This document shows positions 40,285 to 52,608 of a stretch of 64,000 nucleotides of DNA, in pieces. The DNA comes from Podarcis erhardii (lineage: Eukaryota). Within the stretch, counting starts at the first letter, position 1. The number at the start of each line of letters is the position of its first letter. A program made the position numbers and the translations under genes. A model generated the notes under the pieces. The model saw only the letters and a program-made list of their open reading frames with translations. It searched no databases and was not told where the DNA came from. The stretch lies in the NCBI GenBank assembly GCA_964252035.1, contig OZ176210.1; one strand, given 5' to 3'.

Positions 40285-40707
40285 AAGATTGCTGTCTCTT
40301 TGCATGTTGTTGTCTAGACTTGCATGCACAAGACAGGGTCTTCTCAACTATGGAAGTCTTTCCCAGCAAGACGCCTTCTTTGCAGGCCTTTAAGTGAACA
40401 GCAGAGGCTTATTTATTTCAGGTGCCTTTTGGGTGGGGTTTAAAATATTATTTTGCCCCAAAAGATTTTTTTGTAGTGTAGTTGAAACATAATGTCAGGC
40501 AACTAGTAACAGGAACAGTCTTTATTATCTCATTACAGAATTTTGTGTGTGTAGCCAGGGTTTTTTTCAGTCAGAACTTATGAGAATTCTCATTGCCATT
40601 ATAAAAGAACAAAAGAGGCATTAATGGTGAGTTTTGGCACCTCTTTATCTAGAAAAAATAGCGTATGTGTAACTTTTGCTGGTTCACTAAGCGAGAGGGA
40701 CAAGGTA

Positions 40708-40904
40708 CAGTGGTACCTTGGTTTGCATACGTCTTGGATTACAAACACGTCAAACTCGGAAGTGCGTGTTCCAGTTTTCAACCTTTTTTTGGATAGCAAC
40801 CCAATTTTTTTGGAGGCCCCATTGCGAAAGCGTGACTTGGGTTACAACCTGTTTTGGTTTTGGACCTCTTGAATGGATTATGGTTGTAAACCAAGGTACC
40901 ACTG
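40708..40904. mobile_element. Tc1/mariner-type MITE
   Basis: TA|cagtggtaccttggttt ... aaaccaaggtaccactg|TA. Confidence 0.85.
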
Positions 40905-40987
40905 TAGAACTGAAAACCCTCCTAGTGGTTGTTTTCATCATGGCACTTCACATAACTGGCTTCTTAAGGCATTGCTGATTTTATGTA

Positions 40988-41443
40988 TAGTTAAAGCTAT
41001 GGTTTTCCCAGTAGTGATGTATGGAAGTGAGAGCTGGACCATAAAGAAGGCTGATTGCCGAAGAATTGATGCTTTTGAATTATGGTGCTGGAGGAGACTC
41101 TTGAGAGTCCCATGGACTGCAAGAAGATCAAACCTATCCATTCTGAAGGAAATCAGCCCTGAGTGCTCACTGGAAGGACAGATCCTGAATCTGAGGCTCC
41201 AATACTTTGGCCACCTCATGAGAAGAGAAGACTCCCTGGAAAAGACCCTGATGTTGGGAAAGATGGAGGGCACAAGGAGAAGGTGATGACAGAGGATGAG
41301 ATGGTTGGATAGTGTTCTCGAAGCTACCAGCATGAGTTTGACCAAACTGCGGGAGGCAGTGGAAGACAGGAGTGCCTGGCGTGCTCTGGTCCATGGGGTC
41401 ATGAAGAGTCGGACACAACTAAATGACTAAACAACAACAACAA
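40988..41443 (+). mobile_element. BovB (RTE clade) LINE 3' fragment
   Basis: Encodes VKAMVFPVVMYGSESWTIKKADCRRIDAFELWCWRRLLRVPWTARRSN...LQYFGHLMRR (BovB ORF C-terminus). Ends in a (caa)n tail. Confidence 0.93.
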
Positions 41444-41766
41444 ATGCTGGTGTAGTTATTTTTCATGATAGTTGGGTTTATGACTCTTGTGTTTTTGTAT
41501 TGTATCCTGTGTGCAGTTTATTTTTTGTGTTCTAAATATCTATTGGGAAGGTAGTCAACCTAACAAGTTGCTTTATGAATCTTAAGCATTCATATCCTTA
41601 TTTGTACCGAAAGCAGCCTGGTGCACTTTTATCACATCGTCAATCAACAGTTCTGCTGTTGCTGTTTTAGAAGACTGAAATCAAGAACTAGCATTGCCTG
41701 TAATGAGTGGTCAGTCTGTGGACTGGGTGCCACAAATGGTAGGTGTTGGTCAGTGGATTTTTTTAT

Positions 41767-41857
41767 TGGCTCCCTCGGCCAATAAAGCGAGACGAGCGCC
41801 GCAACCCCAGAGTCGGCCACAACTGGACCTAATGGTCAGGGGTCCCTTTACTTTTAC
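41767..41857 (+). mobile_element. Sauria SINE 3' fragment
   Basis: ggctccctcggccaataaagcgag...ggacctaatggtcaggggtcccttta matches the 3' end of the other copies. Confidence 0.85.
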
Positions 41858-42156
41858 TAACTTCAAGACACCTGCTTTCCCTTCTTTTTGGGTCTTCATC
41901 TTTAAACCAGACTTGAATTGGATGACACTTCAAATAGGGGGCAGTCCTCTGTAAATTAGAACACAGGGATTCCTGGGTAATTAGTCTGCAGTAGTAATTA
42001 GCTTTCCATAGTAAGCATGGAAGTGACATCTTTTGAATCAGATCCTCTGTGTTTTAGCCATATAATTTTAGTGCATGTTAGGATTAAACCAGTGTTCTGT
42101 TATTCACCATGAAGTTGTTATAGTAAGTTCCATACTTTTAACAACTTGGCGGGGGG

Positions 42157-42461
42157 GAGCCTCTTGGGCTTGCTGATTGGAAGGTCAGCGGTTCAAATCC
42201 ACTTGTCGGTGGCAAGCTCCCATTGCTCTGTCCTAGCTTCTGCCAACCTAGCAGTTCGAAAGCACACTAGTGCAAGTAGATAAATAGGTACCGCTGTGGC
42301 GGGAAGGTAAACAGCATTTCCATGCGCTCTGGCTTCCATCACGGTGTTCCGTTGTGCCAAAAGTGGTTTAGTCATGCTGGCCACATGACCCGGAAAGCTG
42401 ACTGTGGACAAACGCCTGAAAAGCAAGACGAGTGCCGCACCCCATAGTCACCTTTGACTGG
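42157..42461 (+). mobile_element. Sauria SINE (variant subfamily, truncated)
   Basis: Shares the core caacctagcagttcgaaagc...gtagataaataggtaccgc. The internal variant ggcttccatcacggtgttcc also occurs in similar form in the 59.5-kb copy. Confidence 0.85.
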
Positions 42462-42975
42462 ATTGTCCCCAGAAAAAAGCACTGGCTTAAACCGTTATTT
42501 TTGAGATGTAATAACATAAGTAAGGTAATAGGCTATATGTGTTCATGGTAGGATATGCTGTGTCTTGTGACTTCTGCCTGTTGAATATTTATATGAATAT
42601 TAAGCATTTTGAAAAGTAATATTGTGTTCTTGCCCACTTGTTGAAAACATCCAACAAAACCGGTCAGCATCTCATGTTCATTGTTTGGAGATGCTAAAAG
42701 ATGTAGTACAGTGAGATGGGAGATTAGATTCGTGAGTCATATCCTTTTAAAGCTGTGAAGCAACTGTATTCGCACTCTATGGTTTCCTTTTACAGTCCCT
42801 CCCAGTGACTGCAGTTCAGAGCAGCAAGCTGTGTGCTAAGAAGTCACTGCTGCTAGATGGAGGCAAACAGTATCGTTGGGGGAGAACCCATTTATAGGAG
42901 TAATTTTAAGTGTTGATGGATGGATGTTGAAGCCCCAACAACATTTTTTGATTCTCCAAACTGAAAACAGGGAAC

Positions 42976-42999
42976 ATGTTGCCATTTGAGAACAATAAG
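42976..42999 (+). CDS. MCTP1: Putative alternative first coding exon of a short MCTP1 isoform (MLPFENNK)
   Basis: ATG TTG CCA TTT GAG AAC AAT AAG|gtaatt, phase 0, in frame with exon 2. The frame reads KLKTGNMLPFENNK, resembling the short mammalian isoform N-terminus as I recall it (..KLKSACNLPFICNK). Confidence 0.7.
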
Positions 43000-45900
43000 G
43001 TAATTTTTTCTTTGCCTCCCTCCTATTTTAATCTGTTGCTAGTGATTCTAACAAGGCTATATTTAGGGATTAAATGGGTACATTTTATGTGTTCTTGGTT
43101 TTTAAAAAAAGTAATTATAAGAACAAAAGACTTAAAGGTGCTACGTCTGTGGAAAAATTATAGCAATGTAAATGTAAAACCATGTGAAACCTATTTTCAA
43201 CTATATATGTTTTTTAGAGCTTTTCAGTACTTCAAATGTATTGATTTAAAAGATTGTCAGTTTAGATTATTTGCACAGAGATGCAGGAGTTCTTGCTGCT
43301 ATAAAATAGTGATACTTCAAATCATATCTCATCTGTATTTGCTGAGAGTTGAAATCACTAGGATGGTTATTATTTAAATGCATCTAAGGCTGCAGTCCTA
43401 TATCACACTTAGCCTGGAAATAAGCCCTACTGGTGTGGCTTTCTTCTGAATAGACATGTGCAGGATATATGAAGTTGCTAGCAGGTATCGTTAGTATGCA
43501 TTTAAGATACTAAGCCTTTTATTGAGCGGATTACTAGCAATGCTGAAACAAAACAAGCTTCTCAGATGTTTATAGTTTACTTGCAAAATCTAAACATATG
43601 CTACTGACTACTGAATAGGCAATAGGAGAATTTGAGGTTTTTTAAGGTGTATACAAACTTAGCTGCTGGATGTTTTTAAAAATTTTTTGCTGGTTTGATT
43701 TTCTAATACCGTAGACCTAAGACTACTAAGATTTTTGGTTTTGGAAGATATTAGTAGAATTCAGCTAAGCATGCCTGCAAAAAGCACTAGAGCATATAAG
43801 TAGGTTTGAGGGAGAGAAGGATGCACACCTTTAATGAACCTTTATTCCGAAATGTAACAATGACAGAATAATCATACTAATTTTCTAGATGAATCAGATA
43901 AAGTGAATTTACAGCTCTGACTGCTTGCCTTTAAAAAAATCATTGCCAATTAAAAAATAATGGTTCTGAATTCATCTTGACTTGATCAGTAACCTAGAAA
44001 CTAGAAGTAGCTGTCAGATTGGGGTAATAATTCTGAGACTGTTCTAAACTCAGCTTTGTTTGGGCATTCAGGATTCCTTTATGGCTCTGATGCAGTTAAA
44101 CACATGTAAAGGATTGTGTATATGGCCAAATTCTGTTTTCTCCTGCTGAAGTGTGATTAAAGTATGGGGTGGGTGTGAATTAAACAGCTCATTGCTTTGA
44201 CAAAGCTCATCAAGAACTCAGTTGTTGACGTGGATCATGCATCATTGGTTTGGGGCTTGGGTGCCATTGAACTGATAATGTGATAATATAATCTGTACGG
44301 TAGTAAGAGGATTGCTATGATAACAGCCTCAGTTGCTACATTTTGTACATCCTACTGACATGGGAACTTCTTGTTGTATATTGTTTTTTGACCCAAGTCA
44401 CCATCATTGTAAGATTATTAAATGAACTATCAAACAGTACAACTTAAGGAAGAGCAGACTATCAGGAAACAAAAAAATGAGCAACAGCAAAGGGAGAAGT
44501 AATGTCTTCCCACATATTAGTTTCTAATAATAACATCCATAATGGATTTAGGAAATAATTAATGAAACTTTATACAATGGGTACTGACTGTGCTTTATAG
44601 ACCTTTGATCTCCTTCATGTTAGTTTCTGCTAGAAGAGAAGTCACTAGGAAGTGGAGGACAGCAAAGACTTTAACTTATGAATCTTGGTTTTCCACAGCT
44701 ATGACACTTTACCATGGCAGGGGGGAAAAAGACTTTTAAAATAAACTTAGTGAAGGGTACAGCAAAGGCAACAGACTATCATACTGTTTGGAACATGTTT
44801 GTAATGTATGTTTCAGGATAATCATGCTTCAACATCCATGTCAGCTGCGTTTCTTAAACTTTGGGATTGTGACTAATATTTTCCAGTAAGTGGAAACTGA
44901 AAGAGATGCTGATTAAGTGTTATTTTAATTCTGAAGTCTTCCCATTTGAATGGTGATGATCCTCCCTGTTCGCCAGTCTATCTAGGTGAACTCGAGGTGG
45001 GGGAATGTATGTTACTATTGTTAGTTTCTGCTTATCAATATTGAACTAATGTCTCTTTTTTGCATCATTTACCTATGTATGCTCACTTCATTACCCACCT
45101 TGGACAATCAGCAGGTACTTCTACATCTCCACTTAATACTCTGCTTTTATACTTCTAATTAAAACAAGTATTACAAATATTTGATAAAGTGATGCCTCTG
45201 AAATTTCTCAGTACTGGGAACACACAACATCACACAACATAGATGAGGATATGATGGCGTAGAAGGACAGGTACCTGCAATCTGGGGGCCTGGCATCTAA
45301 TTTTATATTAGCCGCCTTGTTTGTCTGCTTCACAGAAGGGGCAAATGGGGAACAGAAGTTATTAAAACCTGACGAAAAGGGGCTTAATCACTAAAGCCTT
45401 CTGTAACCCATTCTGAGCCCCTGGAATAGAACATACCAGGGGTGGGGGATACTTGGTCCTCTAGATGTTTTTGTACCACAACTTCCACCCTCCCTGATTA
45501 TTCAGGGTTCGGCCACACTTCCACTTGCCTAGAAAGTATAGGTCCAAGAAGTTTCCCACTTGCCATGTGCTTTATAGGCACAGATCCAAGTGGTATTTTG
45601 TTTGTCCCCAGGAAAACCTACTGTTTACTGCCTAATCGAAACAAATGCCAATCGACGTTTGTTCTGATTCAGCAGTAAACAGCAGATTTTCCCTAGATGA
45701 AAGTGTCGGGACAAGCAGAAGTGTAGACGAACACTCACAGTTGGAGTCCAGTAACATCTGAGAGCCACAAATTACTGGCATCGCCCCCTCACCAATTTTT
45801 CAAACTTCTGTCCAGAACTGTGACTGTGTAGCTGAAGTGCAAATGTTGCTGAACTGTTTATGCTTCTATGAGTCAAGTATGGTAAGAGATCACTTTATGT

Positions 45901-48218
45901 TGCTGCTACAAGGCCCCAGCAAAGGATACCAGGAAGTGCCATACCACTGCATGTTTGTCAAGCAGCAGTCTGCAACAGATGTCCAGGCCAGCATGACAAT
46001 ATTATCAGATTGAATGCTCACATTTGTGCTGTAGCTGATAAGTCTTTGGTTACGGATCTGTTTCTGATCAGTTGACCCAGCAGAACTGTGCCTCCGGTGA
46101 GCTCGAATTTAACTCCACTTCCAGTCAAACTAGGAGGAAAAATAAAATATGGTTTCAGAGCCCTATGTAACATGTGTTGGTCTTGACTGGCCCTGCAATG
46201 TGCTATGGTTTGCTAAATGGTTGAGCTCATTTTAAATTTTTTTTAAAAAATATTCCTGCACTGGTAAAGAAAAAATAATTAAACTGATATTGGAAGATTG
46301 TAATAGCTGCTGGAATAGCACAGCCATTTGCTGCAAGCCTGTTTTCAAATGCACAGATTTTGTGAATGAGGGACAAACAGCTGTCCAACTACAATCTTAA
46401 TCCCCTTGGTGTTGATGACTGAAGGAGGTTGAGGTGACATGTTGGTGCTCCTCTGCTGGCCACTACAAGTGAATACCGAGCTCCACCCAGGTGTCTAGAA
46501 GACTATCACTGGCCCAAGCTATACCAGCATGCAGCAGGTACAGCAGAAAAGTAAGAGAAAAAGGCCCACTGCTTCCTTCTAGCATGAGCTGGAAGGACTT
46601 GGAGTGTTGTGTTGAATCAACCACTTTCTTCTTTCCCAACCCTACTTAATAGTTGCTCTGTCCTTTCTCAATTCCTCGCCTAATTAATGTTGAACTTGAA
46701 TGTGTCCTTAATTGTAATAGACACTGTTTATTTTCTATGATCAAGCCCTTTAGATCAGGGATGACTAGTCTGTGGCTCTCTCAACTACCACAAGCCCAGC
46801 TAGCATGGCCTGTTATCAGGGATGATGGGAATTATAGTCCAGCAACATCTGCAGGACCTGAACTACTTAAGTTGCCTTCCACATTCCATGACATAATATA
46901 ATTTTTGAACTGGCCAAATGTTATTTTTGACTGCTCTCCCCCCCCCCCTTTTAAAAAAAGAGCCCTGCTGACTTGTTCATGCATATTGTGAGGGATGCTG
47001 ACCATGTGGATAACCAAGATATGGTTAATGCATCCTTGTGTGAGATAATAATCCACTGCCTTGAATGAGTCCCGTGTTCATCATTTTAGTTTGGTACTGC
47101 GGTGTGTATAGTTCAAACCTCATACCTCTGGAATAAGTTTTAATTTGAACGTATTTTTGAAATTTTTAATAAGAATTTAAAATTTCAAGAAGTATTTTTA
47201 TATTATTGAAATGAGTGGGAGGAATAGCATCACCATGTTTGGAAAATGATCTTGAAAACTGGACCTGTGCTGTAAGTATACATGATACCTTGTTGAACTA
47301 TTAATGGACAGCCTGAACAAAATACAGGAATTCAACGTTTAAACCAGTAGAAAATGTGACATAAACCTTGGTTATCAATCAAGTGTAGAATTGCTTAATA
47401 ATCCTTAAAATTCATTTTATAAAAATATATATAATTTATAGTAAGACTATAACAAAATAAAGTTGCTTCTGAATGTGAATCCAGAAATTATATTCAAGTA
47501 ATCAAAGTAGTCTTATAAACTCTGGTACTGTGAATTTTTAAAAGATCCATGCAAAATACATTTGTAGCTTCCTGGATCTGAAGACCCATGCTTTGTTGTC
47601 TCCATACGAAAACTGTGACTGCATTCAGATGTAAACCATACTTTGTTGTTATGAGAAAAAACTTAGAGGTCTAACTCACACACTTCAATCCACCTCTCCT
47701 CTGGTGCAGCCACGGAAATTTCTGCTTCAGTTTTAGATTAATTGCTGTTGCCTGAACCCTAATATGTGGTTCAGATAACTACTGTCGTGGAAACAAACCA
47801 GCCTCACAGATTTTGTTCTGAAGTTGGTTGGCTTCCATTAAACATAGCTAACCACAGCTTTTCAGAGGTTGCGTGACAAAGTAAACTTTAGTTACTTTAA
47901 GACGGAAGTGAATGATTCTGCACTGGAGAAGAAGGGCGGAGGAGCAAAAGCCTAAGCTCAAGACACTCTCTGTGGCTTCTTCATGTAATGTCTAATCAGT
48001 GGTTTGGTATAACAACCAAATCAGCCCACATTGTACTGAAGCAGCAAACTTAAGGTCAGAGGCTTAGAGTTCTATATTTTTTTCAGGGTGTCTTAATGCG
48101 TGCAAAAAATTATGTTGCTACTATGTTCTACTATGTTCTACTTCTACTATGTTCCACAACCTAGATTTTTTTTTACTGCTGTTTTTCCAAGCGCTCCAGC
48201 AGACTACAGGCTTAGTGG

Positions 48219-48912
48219 TGTTATGGAAAAATCTAGATGAGAGTCTGCTCAGTCACCCAGCTCGTTGGGCAGAGCCCGCAGGTCCCTGCGTAATAAAGGA
48301 AGGAGTTCAGCCACCAACCGGAGCAAATAGCTGTAGACCAAAGTTTATTGCTCAACAGGTTCAAAGAGGAATTTTGAACCCTGAGGATGGGGTGACAAGG
48401 ACTTTTAAAAGTTCCTATCTTATCCCAGCATACAGTTTGTTAAGCATCATTGCTATATCATTGCTACATCAGAAAAGGGGAGCGTTATACATGATTAAAA
48501 TAGGAGGAATATGTTGGGGCAACAGGTGGATACAGGATATGTATTGGGAAGTACATTCTAAGCACCTACTACAAAGGGACAATAGAACTTTGGTTTGCAT
48601 AGTCTGCCCCCTGGGCAAGTCCAGAGGAGTGCCTTTGCCCAGCAATTGACACCTATGAGTACCTTTCTGTGAGTACGTGACCTCCTGCTTGAGGGATTAT
48701 GGCGGGGACCAAGTGGTTTCCAAGCCCTTGGCCAATGAAGCAAATTGGCGGTGGAATGAAGGAAACTAGCAAAGGAGTTGATTTTATATGATTTTTAAAG
48801 CTTGGTAACTTCCCTAAGCTGTTAAGTCAAAAGGATACATTTATGCATAATATTTGTAACATTTAACAAATTTAAAGATGTCTGCCCCCCCCCCCCCGTA
48901 ATTTCCGTAACA
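48219..48912 (-). mobile_element. Solo LTR, 694 bp
   Basis: Termini TGTTATGGAAA and TTTCCGTAACA form an 11-bp inverted repeat with 1 mismatch. 4-bp TSD GTGG at 48215-48218 and 48913-48916. Minus-strand AATAAA at 48344-48349. Confidence 0.8.
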
Positions 48913-49599
48913 GTGGAGATTCCACTAGATCAGGTATCATCAACCTTTTCAGATTCAGGACCTATTTTTAACCCAAACATGCATTTGGGGAACCATTTCT
49001 TACTATTTTAACATATATTTGCATGGTGGTAGTGTTCCTGTTGCAACCTACCTTGGATCAGGCAGCAATCACTAGTAGGTTCTGTTCCAATCTTAAAGAT
49101 TAGTGTGAGCAACAGTGTTGTTAAACTACTCACATATGAACAACAGAATAAAATAACTAAATATAGGAAATAGCTGGTTGGGGGACTCCTGTAACTCTTT
49201 CATTCTTTGCTTTGAAAATAAAGGTGTTGCAAAAAGGGATAAACATAATTACTTAAATCTACATCACAAAAAATTCTTCAGGTCTTAATGATTTGGCTCC
49301 TTAGGTGTATTGCTAACTTTAAGTAGAAATATTTATGAATATGAAACATCCATGACATATTAAGAGCAGGAGTAACTAAAATGGTGCTCCCAAGACAAGG
49401 TTGCACTCTTATTAAGCGATGGTCAGGGATGATGGAAGTTGTAGTCCAGCAGCATCTGGAGGAAGCCATATTGGCTGCCTCTGTCTTTGAGTTTGAACCT
49501 TGGGAAGAGGAAAGCACTTCAGGTGGGTGGGTTCTGTGTCTGGAAGTTTGGTCAGTTAGTTGCCAGTTCTGGACTCCCTCTGAAAAAGCCAGTTAGTAG

Positions 49600-50290
49600 T
49601 TTGGGGGTGATCCTGGGGCCATTTTTATCTCTAGAGGTTCAGGTTGCTTCAGTGGCTAGGAGTACCTTTTGCTACCTATGTTTGGTATGCCATCTACAGG
49701 CATTCAGGACAGGGATAAGCCTTTTCATGGTAATTCATGTGTTAGTAATCTCAATACTAGATTTTTGCAGTGCATGTGTAAGTGAAGCAGCCCCTGGGCC
49801 TTGTTTGAAAGCTACAGCTGGTACAAAATGCTGAAACTAGAGCACTGGTGGGAGCAGGCTATCATCAGCACATAGTGCCAGTGCTTAAAAGTTTGCACTG
49901 GCAGCCATACACTATAGGGCTAAGTTAAAGGTTCTCATATTCGTTTACAAGGGTCCATGATACCCTAAGGACCACTCAATGCTTTATATCACTTCCTAGT
50001 CATTTTTAGTGGTCCCCCATGGCTCAGACACATGGCTCATATTCACCAGGATGTGTGTGTTCAGTATTGTAGACCTAATTCTGTGGAATTCCCTCTTGAT
50101 TGGGCTCAGCCAGGCCCTCTTCCTGTTGACCTTCCGGTGCTTGGTGAAGATCTTTTTTTAGTTCAGTAGGCATTTTATGAGGGTTCCCCCTCCCTGATCT
50201 TATGTTTCATTTTAACTGACTTTATGGTGTATGAGAAATCCCTTTTGTACACTGCTTAGAAACTGCAGTATTGGTACATAACTTATTAAG
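49600..50290 (+). mobile_element. Old L2-clade ORF2 3' fragment
   Basis: Degenerate LEVQVASVARS...LVISILDFC...LQLVQNA...PVLKSLHW motifs, with stops and frameshifts. Boundaries approximate. Confidence 0.7.
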
Positions 50291-50387
50291 ATGAATAATA
50301 AATAGTTACATGAATACATAACTTTGCAAAATGGCAAATCAGATTAATAATGTTGGGCATCATGTATGTATTTTCTTTGTTCTTTAG

Positions 50388-50502
50388 AGAGCCAATCCTA
50401 CTGGAACTAGTAATGCAGAATTGCCTCTGGCTGAACCCGGAATGTACCAGTTGGACATTACATTAAAAAGAGGTCATAATCTAGCAGCTCGTGATCGAAG
50501 AG
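50388..50502 (+). CDS. MCTP1: MCTP1 exon 2 (start of C2A domain)
   Basis: ttctttag|AGA...AGAG|gtaaga. 115 nt, phase 0 to 1. Encodes RANPTGTSNAELPLAEPGMYQLDITLKRGHNLAARDRR-G. Confidence 0.96.
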
Positions 50503-52522
50503 GTAAGAATATGTTGATCAAACACTGTTTTTACATAAAACACTCTGCAGGGGCTGGAAAGGTTAACCTACCTTGGTTAAATTTTATACATTTTTATTTT
50601 CATATTTGTGCACTGAACATGCTACGCTTGTAACAATCTCCAGCGGAGAAGCTTTGTTGGTCTGTTGCACCAAAACCAACAAAAAGCCTTGTAATTTCTT
50701 AAAGTGTACCTTAGCCTATGATGAAGCAGCTGCTTATTTATTTATTTCATACAATTTCCATTTGAGTGTAAAAAAATTCCCTGGAAGCAGTTTACAAAAA
50801 AAGATAAAACGATAAAACTATCAATAGGAAGAATTAGCAACAGCAGTTTACAACTTTCAAAAAGTTAAAATAACAATAGACTACAAACAGATTAAAACTT
50901 GCAGCAACTGTCTAAATATCTGGGTAGGCTTGTCAACTAAAACATTTTTAGCAGGTACTAAGAAGGCCTAATATTGATAGGCAGGGAATTCCAAAGTGTA
51001 GGTGCTGACACATGGAAAGATTGAGTTCTTGCAAATGCAGAACAGGTATTATTTGGCACGTGTAACAGTTCCCCACAATTATGTAAAGGCTTCTACTTGC
51101 ATTCAAACTAATTAGGTTGAATCAAAAGCGCCTCGTTTTCTGACAAATGGAGGGCATTTTTGAATCCAACCTTGTATGTTGAAGGCTCTGTGATGATGCA
51201 AACCTTTGGTTATATGAAACAATGAAAGGAAATATAAAGGTTAATAATCAAGATGGCTCCCTGTTGAAATTTAAATATGAACTAAATTTAAATTCTGGAA
51301 TTCATAGGAAGATTTGATACTGTACTTTCAGATATAGGCTGAATAGGTGCTGGGAAGAAGTTAGCTCACCACAGAAAATATTAGCCCCTTTTAGATGGTC
51401 CTGAGTAGTCTTTATTTTGCTGCATCAATTTATTACTTGAATTTAGGCCAAAAGGGTTAGGCATCCCTGCATTTAGCACTTCAGGATTTTTTTACGGTCT
51501 TGTTTGCATTTGATTATATATAGTAATATGACTCTTGCATTGCTATCTTACTTTGAAATCATATTTCTTTGAAATAATATCCCCCTTCTGTCTTGACTCT
51601 ACACCAGCCTGTGCTATCTTGCCCTCCTCCTGCACCTTTTCTTCATTCTCAAATCCTGCAGCTTCTCCTGCCTCCGACTTTCACCTCCTGGCTGTTAAAG
51701 GCTCCCCCAGATCACTGATCCCTTCTTCCAAGTCAGACTCCAACTCTACCTGTCCTGGTGCCCAGTCATCAGCATCCAGGATCCTCAGTGTCTAGCCAGA
51801 CCCTGATGCCCTGACACTTGCTAGCTAGCTATTCTGCCACCATCACTACCTGGAGTAAATTAAAAGTGCTCCTCACCTGGGTGTCTGAAATGTAACTGGA
51901 AAGTGATGGAGTGAGGTGGTGTGCCAAGACTGAAAGCTTCAAATGGTATTTTCTTGACTCTCCTCCTTGGCACTGAGTACCACTGTGAAGTCAGGAAGAA
52001 ATTGCTGCTTTGAGTCTGTCTTCTGGATTTTTTTGTTAATAACATCTGTCTGGAAACCACAGTAGCCCTCTGAATTGCTATTAAAATGGAGAAGCTATTA
52101 ATGTTTGTCTCTGTAGCCTTGGATTTTCCGAATGTCACAGGCATGCAAAACATTACTTGTGAATATGTAAAATCTTATGTAAAGAACTCCTTGAACAAAA
52201 GCAGTAAATCTCCTTTGAGTGGTAGTTAGATAATCCTGGTGCTCTAGGTTTCATTTGCTTCAGAGATAATGCTTTGGGCATATAATGAGGAATAATTCAA
52301 TGTGATAGTCCAGTCATGGTAATAAGCTTAACACATTCTGAATCACTTTTTATCTGTATTGCAGCAAATAGTAAATTACCTCAAATAGATTTATTGCTGA
52401 CCCTCGTTGAGTGGCACTGAAAGCATTATTTTGTGAATGCTGAAAAAGCAGTGCTTTGCTCTTTTTAATGCAGAACCACAGAACAGGGCCTGCCAGACTG
52501 CCTAGTAAATGAAAACACTTTT

Positions 52523-52526
<4 letters not shown>

Positions 52527-52606
<80 letters not shown>

Positions 52607-52608
52607 TT
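52527..52608. repeat. Compound (TG)n(TATT)n microsatellite
   Basis: 15 TG units directly followed by about 12 TATT units. Confidence 0.95.

Noticed and set aside
40988-41443. BovB presence as a novel horizontal-transfer event
   Set aside because: BovB in squamates and its horizontal transfer history are already well documented.
48149-48649. 166-aa ORF
   Set aside because: It lies almost entirely within the solo LTR and has no recognisable protein motif.
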